A stretch of DNA of 61,309 nucleotides from Chthoniobacteraceae bacterium (GTDB lineage: Bacteria > Verrucomicrobiota > Verrucomicrobiia > Chthoniobacterales > Chthoniobacteraceae). The stretch is from the NCBI GenBank assembly GCA_040081625.1, contig JBEBGD010000023.1, forward strand, positions 1 to 61,309, read 5' to 3'. The translations under genes and the position numbers were made by a program. A model generated the notes under the pieces. That model did no database searches. It saw only the letters and a list, made by a program, of their open reading frames with translations, and was not told where the DNA came from. Every line of letters starts with the position of its first letter. The stretch's first letter is position 1. Positions 43,914 to 53,856 of the stretch are shown in pieces.

Positions 43914-44750
43914 GTGGAGTTTTCCGCCCCCGCCAAGATCAACCTCTCGCTGCGCGTCGTGCGCCGGCGCGAGGACGGCTTTCACGAGATCGACAGCCTG
44001 CTCGTCCCGATCTCGCTCTCAGATCGGATCGACATCGAGCTGCGCGACGACGGCGGCCTCGACTTCACTTGCGACGATCCCGGTGTCCCCGCCGACGAGA
44101 CGAACCTCGTCGTCCGCGCCGCGCGTCTTTTCTGCGCAGAGGCAGGGATCGAGCCGCAAATGCGCATCCACCTCGAAAAGCGCATCCCGCACGGCGCCGG
44201 ACTCGGCGGCGGATCGAGCGACGCTGCCGCCACGTTGCTCGCGCTCGACAAACTTTCCGACGCCGCCTTCCCGCGAGAGACACTCCTGCGCCTCGCCGCC
44301 GAACTCGGCAGCGATGTCCCTTTCTTCATCCTCGGTCGGCCCGCACGCGCACGCGGACGCGGCGAATTGCTCGATGTGTCCCGTTTCCCGCATCGCCTCC
44401 CATTACTCCTGCTAAAGCCGCCTTTCGCCGTGCCGACGCCGTGGGCCTACCAGCGCTGGCGCGACTCGCGCGAACTCCCCGGCGTCCGCTACTCCGCGCA
44501 GCCGCAACCGTGGGGCGAACTCGTCAACGACCTCGAACGCCCCGTCTTCGAGAAGCACCTCCTGCTCGCCACGCTCAAGTCGTGGCTACTCCGCCAGCCC
44601 GAATGCGCCGGCGCGCTCATGAGCGGCAGCGGCAGCACCGTCTTCGCCGTGCTCCGCGACAAGGCGGACTCGAACCCGCTCGCCGATCGCGCCGCAGCGG
44701 AGTTCGGCCCGACGCTGTGGTGCTGCGCCACGGAGACGATCACCGCGTGA
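43914..44750 (+). CDS. ispE: 4-(cytidine 5'-diphospho)-2-C-methyl-D-erythritol kinase
   Basis: APAKINL, KRIPHGAGLGGGSSDAA, LGSDVPFF, NDLE, MSGSGST. Confidence 0.93.
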   Translation: MEFSAPAKINLSLRVVRRREDGFHEIDSLLVPISLSDRIDIELRDDGGLDFTCDDPGVPADETNLVVRAARLFCAEAGIEPQMRIHLEKRIPHGAGLGGGSSDAAATLLALDKLSDAAFPRETLLRLAAELGSDVPFFILGRPARARGRGELLDVSRFPHRLPLLLLKPPFAVPTPWAYQRWRDSRELPGVRYSAQPQPWGELVNDLERPVFEKHLLLATLKSWLLRQPECAGALMSGSGSTVFAVLRDKADSNPLADRAAAEFGPTLWCCATETITA

Positions 44751-44751
44751 G

Positions 44752-45813
44752 CTACCGCTGATAGATCGGCAGGAAGTGATTCTTCACCGCGAGGCTCAGC
44801 ACGGCCATCGCGGTCGCATACACTTTTCCGCCGCCGCGCTCCTCGCCGCCGAGGCCTTCCCACCAGCCTTCGCGCGATTGCAGCGGCAGCAGCACGTCGG
44901 TCGTCACACGCTCACCCTCGGTCGCAAACTTCCCGCCGCGCTGATACATGCTCTGCGCGTAGTAGTAGGTCGTGTAGAAAAACCAGCGCTCGCCCGGTTT
45001 GATCCCGTCCCGCAGCAGTCGCTCGCTCGCGCCTTTGACTTCCTCGCTCTCGTAATCGCCGCACACGAGCAGCGCGAGCAGACCTTCCGCCGTCGTCGAA
45101 AGCTCGCGTCCGCGGCCTTGATACCCGAAGCCCCCGAGCGCCGGCACGCCGCGCTTCGATTCGCGCGCCGGCTCGTAGCAGCGCTTGATGTAGCGCATCG
45201 CCTCATCGATCGCCTCCTTCGGCACGCTGAAGCCGGAGTTGCGCGCCGCGCGCAACGCCATCGTCTGCCACACCGTCACCGACATGTCGCTGTCGCCCGC
45301 GTCCGGTGAATAGCGCCAGCCGCCGCGGTTGTTTTCGTTCTTCGGCACCTTTTGCGCGCGCAGGATCAGGTCGATCGCCTTGTGCGTCTTGTCGCGCAGG
45401 GTTGCGTCCTGCTTGGTGTCCGCGCCCATGCCGAGCATCTCCGCGAGCATCAGCGAAGTGATGCCGTGCCCATACATTCGCGAGCCGTCCTTGCGGCCGT
45501 AGTAGCCGTCGGGTTCCTGATTGTCGGGCTGGAGCACGAAATCGAGCGCCCGCTTCATCGCGCGGCCCTCCAGCGTTTTGTCGGACGGCTGATGCCCGCA
45601 CGAACCCAGCGCGAGGATCGCCAGCGAGGTCATCGCCGTCTCGTTGCGCATCCGGTTGTGGATCGCCCCGGTCACCGCGTCCTGTTGCGAGAGCAGATAC
45701 TGATTCGCGCGTCGCAGCGCGTCATCGACACGTTCGTCACGCGTCTCGCCTGCCGCGAAAGCGGACGACGCGAGCGCAAGCAGCGCGGCGATCAGGCACG
45801 TCAGTCGTTTCAT
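44752..45813 (-). CDS. Prenyltransferase/squalene oxidase repeat protein
   Basis: Signal peptide; MYGHGI..LMLAE, GGWRY, DMSVTVWQ.MALRAA, LPIYQR. Confidence 0.88.
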   Translation of the reverse strand: MKRLTCLIAALLALASSAFAAGETRDERVDDALRRANQYLLSQQDAVTGAIHNRMRNETAMTSLAILALGSCGHQPSDKTLEGRAMKRALDFVLQPDNQEPDGYYGRKDGSRMYGHGITSLMLAEMLGMGADTKQDATLRDKTHKAIDLILRAQKVPKNENNRGGWRYSPDAGDSDMSVTVWQTMALRAARNSGFSVPKEAIDEAMRYIKRCYEPARESKRGVPALGGFGYQGRGRELSTTAEGLLALLVCGDYESEEVKGASERLLRDGIKPGERWFFYTTYYYAQSMYQRGGKFATEGERVTTDVLLPLQSREGWWEGLGGEERGGGKVYATAMAVLSLAVKNHFLPIYQR

Positions 45814-48800
45814 GGCTTCTTCGCCTTCTCCGCGAGCGCGCGGTAATAAACCGACACCTGCTCGCGGTATTCCGGCGCGACGGCCTCGCCCTGTCCGCGC
45901 GTGAGTTGCTCGGCCATTTGCTTCGGCAGCTTGCCCCACTCGCCCGCCTTCAGCGCGGCCGCATCCGGCAACGCACCGTGCGCCTTCCCGTCCATCTGCG
46001 CGAGTGCGCCCTGCTCGGACTTGGATTGCTGGTCGGTCTTCGGCGTCATGTTCTGCGGCGTCGGCTGCACATTCTGCGAACGCGCCTGACGCATCGCCTG
46101 CTGCGCGGCCTGCTGCGCCTGTTGCATCGCGTTTTGCGCCTGCTGCATCGACTGCGATTCCTTGCCCTGCTGCGCCTGCTGCTGACCTTGCTGTTGCTGT
46201 CCCTGTTGGTCTTTCTGCTGCTGTTGTTGCTGCGCGCCTTGTTGCCCGGCCTGCTGTTGTTGCTGCTGGCCTTCCTCGCTTGGTGAAGTCGGCGGCGCGT
46301 TCAGTGCCGCGTCGAGCGCGTCGAGTGTGCGCGCCATCCACGTCTGCTCCTGCGGCGTCGCCGTGATCAGCATCGAGGGTGAAAAGTCCGCCTCGCCCGG
46401 CTGCGGTTGCGACGGCATCCCCGGCTGCGCGGGCTCGGCCGGTTGCTGACCTTGCGGCGTCGCCGGTGAGGAAGGCGGCTGGCCTTGCTGAGGCGAAGAC
46501 GGCTGAGCTTGCGCCGTCTCCTTGCCTTGCGGCGATGGCTGCTGGCCTTGTGGCGGAGATGCGGGCTGCTGCGATTGCGCCATCTTCTGCGCGGCCAGGT
46601 GCTGCGCTGCATTCATCTGCGTGGCCGGCGGCAGGTCGGGCACGGGCGGCGGCGCGTCCTCGCCACGCATCGCGCGGGCGAGCTGCGCGGCCTGCGCGGC
46701 GAGTTCCTGATTCGCGGTCGCCACCGGCTGCTGCGCTTCCTGCGCCTGCTGCGCTTTCGTGAGCGCCTCCTGCGCGGCTGGCACTTTCTCCGCGGCTGTC
46801 TTTGCGATCTCCGCGCCGAGTTGCTGGAGCTTCTCTCCGGGCTTCTCGTTCTCCAACCGCTGCTCATGCCGGCCCGCGCGCTGCACATCGGCCCCGGCTT
46901 CCGCCGCCGTGTCACGAATCGCCTCCTGTTGCTTCGCGGCGGCTGCGAGCTGCGGGTTCTGCTGCGTTGCGGATGGCTGCGCCGGTGGCTCTGGTTGAGC
47001 CGGCGCCGGCTGCGGTGCTGGCGGTTGCTGCGCGGGCGGTTGGTTTTGCGCGAGCGGATCCTTCGGTGGCTGCGGCGCGGTTTGCGCCTGCGCGGCAGCG
47101 CGCTCCTGCTGCGCGAGCTGACTCACGGCCTGCGCCACGCGGTCCTCGGCTTTGCTCGCTGCCTCGAGTTTTCGGTGCGCCTCGGAAAGCGTGCTCTGCG
47201 CGATGCCACTGAGCTCCTGCTGCATGAGCGGATTGATCGGCAGCGCCTTCTCGAGCTGCTTGAGCATTTCCTCCGGTGAAGACCGCGCGAGTTGCGCCAT
47301 GCGCTCGGCCTTCGCGAACTGCTCGTCGAGCTGCTGCTTGATCCCGAGTTCATTTTCCATCTCCCGCATCGCGGTGCGGGTGTCCTTCGTGTCCTCGCCC
47401 TTCTCGAGCGCGTCGTAGTGCTTTGCGATCTGGTCGAGCGCCTTCTCGAGCTTCTCCTGCTGCCCGGCGGCCTGAGCCAGCGCCTCGGCCTGCGCGTCCT
47501 TGGTCTGTGCCTGCGCGGCGTCCTTGAGCGCATCCGACGCGGCCGGCGGCGGGTCCTTGAGCATCGCCAGCGCGTCGTCGGCATCGCGTGCCCGCTCGCG
47601 CTGATCGGCTTGAAGCACGTCCTGCTTGTTCGCATCGGCGCGGAGTTGGTCCTTCAACGCCTCGAGCTTTTCATTGAGCTGTTCCTGCTTCGCGAGCGCC
47701 TTCTCCGCGTCGGCCTTCGCCTCCTCAGCCGGCTTCTCCTTCGCCTGCGCTTCCTGCTGCTTGGTCTCCTGCTTCAGTTGCTCGGTCTGCTTGTTCAGCG
47801 CCTTCGCATATTCGCTCAGCTTCGGCGCGATCTGCTTGAGTTGCTCCCGCGCCGCCTCGACGTGCGGCCTCAGCAAATCGAGCGCGCGCTTCACCTCCGC
47901 CGCCAGCGTCTCCGCCTCGGCGCGGGTCGATGCCGGCACGTGCGTCGGTTTGCGGCGCTCTTTCATCTCGCGCTCGATGTCGCGGAAGGCGGGAGCCTTT
48001 TGCGCGTCGGAGAGGATGCGCTGCGCGGCGACGATCGCGTCGCGCACCGGTTGCTCGCGCAAGTCGAGCCGCGAGAGGTCTCCCGGCGCCTGCTGCATGC
48101 GGTCCTCCATCCATCCCCAGTCGCGCGGCGCCGCCGTGCGCGCGCGTGGCGTCGCGATCTTCCAGCGTTCCTCGGCCGCGATGACGATGAGACCGTCAAA
48201 CAGCTCCTGCAAATCGTGAGAGCCCTCGAGCAGACGAAACGCGCGATCGAGCGCGGCGATGCGCTCACGCGTCGCGGGCAGGCCGTTCGCAGCAGCGAGC
48301 ACCCGCAGGCCTTCGAGCGCTGCGGTGGTCGCGCGCACATCGCTCACGAACTCCGCATCGGAGGTCGGGCGGATTTCCTCGAGATCGCCATGCACCTTGA
48401 AGCCATCACGATTCGCGTCCCACCGCCCGCCCTGCAGCTCAGCGAGCCGCTCCGGCGGCAGCGCCTTGTTTGCCGCGACCTTGTCCAGTTCGCCGAGCAG
48501 CCGCCCGAAGGCCGCCCACGCGGCCTGCGAATCCTGCCGCATGTCGCGCACGACCTGCACCGGCTTGCGTTCGAGCTCCGCTCGAAGTTCCAGCGCGCTC
48601 CGCTCGGCACGCGTCACGCCCTCGGCGAGGTTAAGCGTCGGCGCGAGAAGTTCGCGCGTCAGGCCGCGCTCGGCGATCGCGCGCTCGACGGTCTCGCGCA
48701 GCTTCCGCAACTCATCCGCGAGCTTCTTCCCGCGGTCGCCGCCGAGCCCGCGCTCGCCGACGCGCACCAGGATGTTTTCGAGGCTCTTCGTCTCCGAGAG

Positions 48801-50906
48801 AATCACGCGCACCCGGCTGCCGAGCGCCGCCCATCGCGCCGGATCGGCGCCGCTCGCGCGCGCGAGTTCCGCGAGGCGCTGCTGCTCGCGGTTGATGATC
48901 TGCGCGTTCTCCGCGAGCAGGTCGGCCTCCTCGCTGTTGAGCAGGACGCGATAGCCTTCCTCGATCACGCGTGCCCGCTGCGCCGCCCGACTGGTCGAGT
49001 CGTCGGCATCGCGCATGAGCACCCGCGCGTAATCCATCATCGGGTTCGCGCCTGCGACCGTCGCGTTGAGTTTCGCGTTGCGCGCGGTGCCCGCTTCGAC
49101 CTTCGAAAGCTGCCGCCCGAGTGTCACGAGATCGGCACCCTGGTGGCCCGGCTGCGCGGTGCGCAGCGCGGTCGCGAGCGCGACCGCCGTCTCCCCGTGC
49201 TGCTGCTCGAACTCCACATCCGCCGCCGTGAACGCCGCGAGCGCCACCGTCCGCTGCGGATCGTCACCGCCCGTCTGCTCGAACCGCTGCCGCGCCTCGC
49301 TCGTCGCCTTCGCCAGCGCCTCGACCGAGCCGCGCCACAGCTTCAGCGACTCGTGCAGCGCCACCATCGCGTCGAGCGTTTCGATCCGCTTGATCTCCAT
49401 GCCCGCGGTCGTGACCGTGATTTGCAGCGGTCGCGACTCGCCTTTGTTTCCCTTCAGGTCGAAGGCCACGAGCTTCGTCGTGATGAGGTCGCCCGCCTTC
49501 GCGCCCAGCTCATACAAGTCCCAGCGCCGTGTGACGGTCGCCTTCAGCCCGCTCTCGCCCGCGAGCGGCGCTTTCTTCCACGCATCCTCGTTCACGCGGA
49601 TGTGCTGCTCGACGCGCGCGAGCCCCTGGTCGTCGCTCGCCTCGCCAGCGATATCGACGACATCGTTCGCGGGAAGGAGCAAGTCGCGCTTCGGCTCGGT
49701 GATCTCGATTTTCGGCACGAGGTCCGGTTCGGCGCGCAGCTCGTATTCGGGGTCGAACTTGTTCTCGAAGTCCGTCGTCTTCGCCAAGAGGTGAACTCGA
49801 TACGTGCCGCTCTTGTCCAGTCGCACGCTGCCGGTGAGCCGTCCGTCCTTGCCGATTTCGAGCGGCGCCGTCGTGCCGCCCTTGCCTTGATCAAGCCGCA
49901 GTTCCGCGGTCTTGATCGGCTGGTTCGTCTCGAGCGAAAGATCGACCTCGGTGCCTTCGATCGCGATGAGATCGCCGTTCTCCTCGGTCACCGTGCGCGG
50001 TTCGGCCTTCGTGTAGGCGGGCGAGCGGAAGGTCTTCGTGAACTTCACGATGTAAGGCCGCGCCTCGGCATCGAGCAGATACTTTTTCGTGATGCCGTCG
50101 CCCGCGCGCACCCGGTAACGCATGTCTTCGCGACCGACCTGGATCGCGCCGGAGAAGGTGTCCTTGCCGACGGCGGTGAGCTTCACCTTCTGCCGTCCGT
50201 CGCGCTCGGTGAAGGTCTCGAGGAAGGCCTCGCGCGCCGGCACGCCGGTGAGCTTCACGAGCAGCGGCACCGCGTCGCCGAAGGGCACGAGCGTCTCCGC
50301 CGGGCTCGGGCTGAGCACCTCGATCTGGGTCTTCGAGACGCGGGCGAGATTCACGCCGGGCATGAGCGCGCGCAGCATGAGCGTGCCGAGCTGGAAGCCG
50401 CTGGCGATGAAAAGCACGACGACCGCGACGAGGATCGCGCTCGCGGCGATGATCGCACGCCGGACGAGATTCACCGGGAGCACGCGATCGACTTCCATCG
50501 TGTCGATGCGCGCCGCGACATCCTGCTGGACCAGCGCTCGAAACTGCGGCGAGTCGAACACGCGCGACTCGTCCTCGCTGCCGAGCTCGACGGCCGAGAG
50601 CAGATCCTCGCGAAGCTTCGGCTCCGCGTGCTCGATCAGTCGCGCCAGGCGTTTCGGGCCCGGCGCGTGCGCGAGCAGCCGCAGGCACGTGCGCCACTCC
50701 GCGACCAGCACCGCGAGGTAAGCCGCGGCGCTCAAGCCGTAGCGGACACCGTCGGGCAGCACGAAGAGGTAATCCGCGGCGGCGACGAGCAGCATCGTCG
50801 CGAGCAGCATCCCGCACGCGGTGGCTGCGCCGCGGATGAGGATGAGCTTGCGCCGGCGCTGGGCGAAGGCGTTGAGCTTCGAGAGGATGCGTGGGTCGAG
50901 GTTCAT
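45810..50906 (-). CDS. Large membrane-anchored coiled-coil protein (DUF4175-like)
   Basis: Three N-terminal TM segments, LLSAVEL, Ig-like middle, Q/P-rich helical tail, C-terminal WGKLP...YYRALA. Confidence 0.8.
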   Translation of the reverse strand: MNLDPRILSKLNAFAQRRRKLILIRGAATACGMLLATMLLVAAADYLFVLPDGVRYGLSAAAYLAVLVAEWRTCLRLLAHAPGPKRLARLIEHAEPKLREDLLSAVELGSEDESRVFDSPQFRALVQQDVAARIDTMEVDRVLPVNLVRRAIIAASAILVAVVVLFIASGFQLGTLMLRALMPGVNLARVSKTQIEVLSPSPAETLVPFGDAVPLLVKLTGVPAREAFLETFTERDGRQKVKLTAVGKDTFSGAIQVGREDMRYRVRAGDGITKKYLLDAEARPYIVKFTKTFRSPAYTKAEPRTVTEENGDLIAIEGTEVDLSLETNQPIKTAELRLDQGKGGTTAPLEIGKDGRLTGSVRLDKSGTYRVHLLAKTTDFENKFDPEYELRAEPDLVPKIEITEPKRDLLLPANDVVDIAGEASDDQGLARVEQHIRVNEDAWKKAPLAGESGLKATVTRRWDLYELGAKAGDLITTKLVAFDLKGNKGESRPLQITVTTAGMEIKRIETLDAMVALHESLKLWRGSVEALAKATSEARQRFEQTGGDDPQRTVALAAFTAADVEFEQQHGETAVALATALRTAQPGHQGADLVTLGRQLSKVEAGTARNAKLNATVAGANPMMDYARVLMRDADDSTSRAAQRARVIEEGYRVLLNSEEADLLAENAQIINREQQRLAELARASGADPARWAALGSRVRVILSETKSLENILVRVGERGLGGDRGKKLADELRKLRETVERAIAERGLTRELLAPTLNLAEGVTRAERSALELRAELERKPVQVVRDMRQDSQAAWAAFGRLLGELDKVAANKALPPERLAELQGGRWDANRDGFKVHGDLEEIRPTSDAEFVSDVRATTAALEGLRVLAAANGLPATRERIAALDRAFRLLEGSHDLQELFDGLIVIAAEERWKIATPRARTAAPRDWGWMEDRMQQAPGDLSRLDLREQPVRDAIVAAQRILSDAQKAPAFRDIEREMKERRKPTHVPASTRAEAETLAAEVKRALDLLRPHVEAAREQLKQIAPKLSEYAKALNKQTEQLKQETKQQEAQAKEKPAEEAKADAEKALAKQEQLNEKLEALKDQLRADANKQDVLQADQRERARDADDALAMLKDPPPAASDALKDAAQAQTKDAQAEALAQAAGQQEKLEKALDQIAKHYDALEKGEDTKDTRTAMREMENELGIKQQLDEQFAKAERMAQLARSSPEEMLKQLEKALPINPLMQQELSGIAQSTLSEAHRKLEAASKAEDRVAQAVSQLAQQERAAAQAQTAPQPPKDPLAQNQPPAQQPPAPQPAPAQPEPPAQPSATQQNPQLAAAAKQQEAIRDTAAEAGADVQRAGRHEQRLENEKPGEKLQQLGAEIAKTAAEKVPAAQEALTKAQQAQEAQQPVATANQELAAQAAQLARAMRGEDAPPPVPDLPPATQMNAAQHLAAQKMAQSQQPASPPQGQQPSPQGKETAQAQPSSPQQGQPPSSPATPQGQQPAEPAQPGMPSQPQPGEADFSPSMLITATPQEQTWMARTLDALDAALNAPPTSPSEEGQQQQQQAGQQGAQQQQQQKDQQGQQQQGQQQAQQGKESQSMQQAQNAMQQAQQAAQQAMRQARSQNVQPTPQNMTPKTDQQSKSEQGALAQMDGKAHGALPDAAALKAGEWGKLPKQMAEQLTRGQGEAVAPEYREQVSVYYRALAEKAKKP

Positions 50907-51103
50907 GGCAGGATGACTTTGGGAGCGCTGATCGCGGCGGAGGCCGCTGCGCGGGGCTCAACTTCAAACGCCAAACGCCAAACGCCAAACGCCAAACGGG
51001 TAGTGCGCGCGCGTTTCGTTTGGCGTTTGAAGTTTGGCGTTTGGCGTTTGGCGTTAAGCCCGCCGCAGGCGCCGTGGCTTCGGAAAAATTGTCGAATGTT
51101 CAT
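50903..51103 (-). CDS. 66-aa bridging ORF read through heptamer hairpin element A
   Basis: ATGA overlaps with both flanking genes (51100-51103 and 50903-50906). Confidence 0.5.
   Translation of the reverse strand: MNIRQFFRSHGACGGLNAKRQTPNFKRQTKRARTTRLAFGVWRLAFEVEPRAAASAAISAPKVILP
50947..51069. repeat. Inverted heptamer-array element A (empty)
   Basis: Six heptamers 50957-50998 (mostly CCAAACG), 18-nt loop, six complementary heptamers 51017-51058; caps CTGCGCGGGG / CCCGCCGCAGG. Confidence 0.92.
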
Positions 51104-53856
51104 AGCATCCCCGCCCTCTTCCTAAGCAGCCACTCGATCGTCAGCAGCCCCAGGATCGGCAAAAACCACCACCAGCTCTGCCACAGCACCGTGTCGCTCT
51201 CGACCACCTTGCCCTGCGTCATCGGCGCGAGCAGTTCGAGCACGCGGTCGAAGTTCTCCTCCCGCACGTAGCGCCCGCCGCTCGCCGCGGCGACCTGCCG
51301 CAGCAGATCTTCATTCACGTTGAGCTGCGTGAGTTCGCCGGTGTCGCGCGGCTCGACCTTGAACGCCGTGCGCGCCTTGAGCTGGTTCTCGGGGATCGCC
51401 GCGGTCTCGACGGCGACCTCGTAGTTGCCAGGCTCGAGCGGCGCCGTCTTGCCGCGGAAAATGCCGCCCTCCTCTGCGCTCAGCCGGATCGACGCGACGC
51501 GGCGGCCATCCTTGAAGAGCGCGGCATCGACGGTCGCATTGCTCACCGGCTTGCCCTCGCCGTCGCGCAGCCGCACGCGCAGGTCGGCGGTATCGCCCGG
51601 CTGGTAGGTGATCGCGCCGGCGTCGAGCGCGACGAATTTGTCGCGCACCGCGAACGGCGGCTCGGCGGCGAAGGCGGCGATCTGGTTCCAGAACTTCACG
51701 TGCCACTGGTCGGCGACGTCGTGCCGCCAGCGCCACGAGTCGTCGAAGGCGTGGTAATAGACCTGCCCCGCGCCGAACGGGCGCACAACCGCGGCGGGCG
51801 TGCGCTGGCCATTCACCTCGGCCTCGACCAGCACCTCCGCGCCGGGCTGCGGCGTGGCGTCGGAGAGCCAGTGTGGCGCCGGGAGCGTCAGCCACGTCTC
51901 GGCGTTCAGCTCCTTTTCCGGCGTGAGCGAAAAGGCCGCGATCTGCGCGCCGCGATCGGTCAGCACGAGGTGCGCGATGCCATCGCGAATGCCGAGGCCG
52001 GGCTTGAACTGGACGGGGAAGACCGGCGCGAGCGGCGTGTCCTCGTATTCGCGGAACGAACCGCGCGCGCCGTCGATGAAGACGAGCGCGCCGCCGCGCT
52101 TGGCGACGAAATCGTGGATCCACTGAAGCTCGTCTTCCTTCCACATCATGCGCGGGATCTCGCCGAAGAAGATGAGGTCGTAGGCCTGGAGCTTCGCGGC
52201 ATCGGTGGGGAATTGCTCCGACCGGTCGCCACGCACGAAACCACCCTGGCCGGTCTGCGAGCCGGCGATCACGCAGTTCACTTCCCACTGCTCGTCGCGC
52301 TCGAACATGTTTCGCAGGTAGCGCGTCTCCCAGCGCGGGCGGCCATCGACGATGAGGATGCGCCGCTTCTGCGTGACGGCGCGGAAGCGCAGCGCGCCTT
52401 CGTTGTTCGAGAGTTCGCGCTCGCCCTCGACGGGCGTGACCACCGCCTTCAACTCGACCGCAAACCCCGTGACCTCCGCGCCCGCGGCAGCCTGCCCGAG
52501 CCGCGCCTCGGTGATCTCCTTCACGGGAAAATCGAACGCCACGCGACGGGGCGAACGTCCCTCGGTGATCAGCTTTTGCTCCCACACGATCTTGTCGCCG
52601 TCGGTGATCTTGAGCGTGAACGGCTGGCCGGCGGGCACGTCGTCCTTGAGCACGGCCTCGCCGCGATAACGGTCGTCGTGAAAGACGGACTCCGGGCCGG
52701 TGACCTTCAGCACGGCGAGATCGCGCGGCTTGAACTGGCTGCCGACGCCGATCGGAAACACCGGCGTGCCTTTGCCGCCGAGCACCTTCGCAGCTTCGAC
52801 GGGCGACTCGCCGTCGTTGTGCTGGCCGTCGGTGAAGACGATCACCGCGCCGTGCTGGTCCTTCGCCACGCCGGTCACGCCATTCTTCAAGCCGGTCGCA
52901 AGATCGCTGATGTCGGCGGCGGGCTTCGGCAGCTCCTGCGGAAGGGCGGAGTTGCGGGCGGTCGGCTGCCACAGGGGCTGCGCGGTGTGCCCGTCGAGCA
53001 GGAGCACCTGCACTTCGTAATTGGTCGCGAGCTTGCCGAGCAGTTTCTTCCCCGCCTCGCCATCGAGCAGGAGCGACTGCACGCGCTGCCAGCGCGGCAG
53101 CGCATCGAACTTCACGAGCGCGACGCGCAGCGGCGAATTGTCGTCGGCGAGCTGCGGCGCGAGCGACTTTTCGAACAACGCGCGCAGTTCGTCCTGCCAC
53201 CGCCGCGCGGCGCCGCCGAGCAGACCGATGTCGCGGCGTGCGCGGGCGAGTTCGTCCGCGCTCGCGACGGAGCGCTTCGCGAGGTCGGGGAACGCATCGA
53301 CGAGGTCGCGCTTCGCGCGCTCGATCCGCTCCGTCTCGACCGTGCCGGAGAGAAGCCCGCGCGCTTCCTCGACACGCGCGCTGAACTCATCGACGAGCTG
53401 TTTCCACGTCGCCGCATCCATCGCAGCGATGCTCTGCGCTCGCTCGGCGGCGCCCTGCGCCTCGGCGAGCGCCTCGGCGGAGCGCGGCAGTTCGGTCTTG
53501 ATCGTGTCGGGCTTGAGCAGGCCGAGCCGCTGGAGCACGAGCACCTTGCGACCGGTGTCCATCGACGCGTCGGTGAGCGTCATCGATTGCGAGCCGTCGA
53601 TGAAGACCCAGAGCTTCGCGAGTTCGCCGATGGTCTTGCGGTGGTGCAGCACCGGGCCGCTGAGCATGACGACGATCATCGCGAGCGAGGCCGCACGCAT
53701 GGCCGGCAGCGAGACGCGCAGCCACCACGCGAGCGATTGCACGTCGCGCCGGTAAAAGACGAACGCGGCAGCACCAAGCAGGATCGCTGCGGGGACGCCG
53801 ACCCACCAGGGCCAGTCGCCAACCCAGCGCAGCGAGGTTTCGACGCGCTCGTTCAT
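51100..53856 (-). CDS. VWA and glutamine-amidotransferase-like domain membrane protein
   Basis: FIDGSQSM and FTDGQHN (MIDAS), PRWETRYLRN, DDSWRWR, C-terminal EWLLRKRAGML. Confidence 0.85.
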   Translation of the reverse strand: MNERVETSLRWVGDWPWWVGVPAAILLGAAAFVFYRRDVQSLAWWLRVSLPAMRAASLAMIVVMLSGPVLHHRKTIGELAKLWVFIDGSQSMTLTDASMDTGRKVLVLQRLGLLKPDTIKTELPRSAEALAEAQGAAERAQSIAAMDAATWKQLVDEFSARVEEARGLLSGTVETERIERAKRDLVDAFPDLAKRSVASADELARARRDIGLLGGAARRWQDELRALFEKSLAPQLADDNSPLRVALVKFDALPRWQRVQSLLLDGEAGKKLLGKLATNYEVQVLLLDGHTAQPLWQPTARNSALPQELPKPAADISDLATGLKNGVTGVAKDQHGAVIVFTDGQHNDGESPVEAAKVLGGKGTPVFPIGVGSQFKPRDLAVLKVTGPESVFHDDRYRGEAVLKDDVPAGQPFTLKITDGDKIVWEQKLITEGRSPRRVAFDFPVKEITEARLGQAAAGAEVTGFAVELKAVVTPVEGERELSNNEGALRFRAVTQKRRILIVDGRPRWETRYLRNMFERDEQWEVNCVIAGSQTGQGGFVRGDRSEQFPTDAAKLQAYDLIFFGEIPRMMWKEDELQWIHDFVAKRGGALVFIDGARGSFREYEDTPLAPVFPVQFKPGLGIRDGIAHLVLTDRGAQIAAFSLTPEKELNAETWLTLPAPHWLSDATPQPGAEVLVEAEVNGQRTPAAVVRPFGAGQVYYHAFDDSWRWRHDVADQWHVKFWNQIAAFAAEPPFAVRDKFVALDAGAITYQPGDTADLRVRLRDGEGKPVSNATVDAALFKDGRRVASIRLSAEEGGIFRGKTAPLEPGNYEVAVETAAIPENQLKARTAFKVEPRDTGELTQLNVNEDLLRQVAAASGGRYVREENFDRVLELLAPMTQGKVVESDTVLWQSWWWFLPILGLLTIEWLLRKRAGML

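Noticed and set aside
46080..47120. CAG-rich repeats as a separate element
   Set aside because: They encode the Q/P-rich low-complexity tail of the coiled-coil protein.
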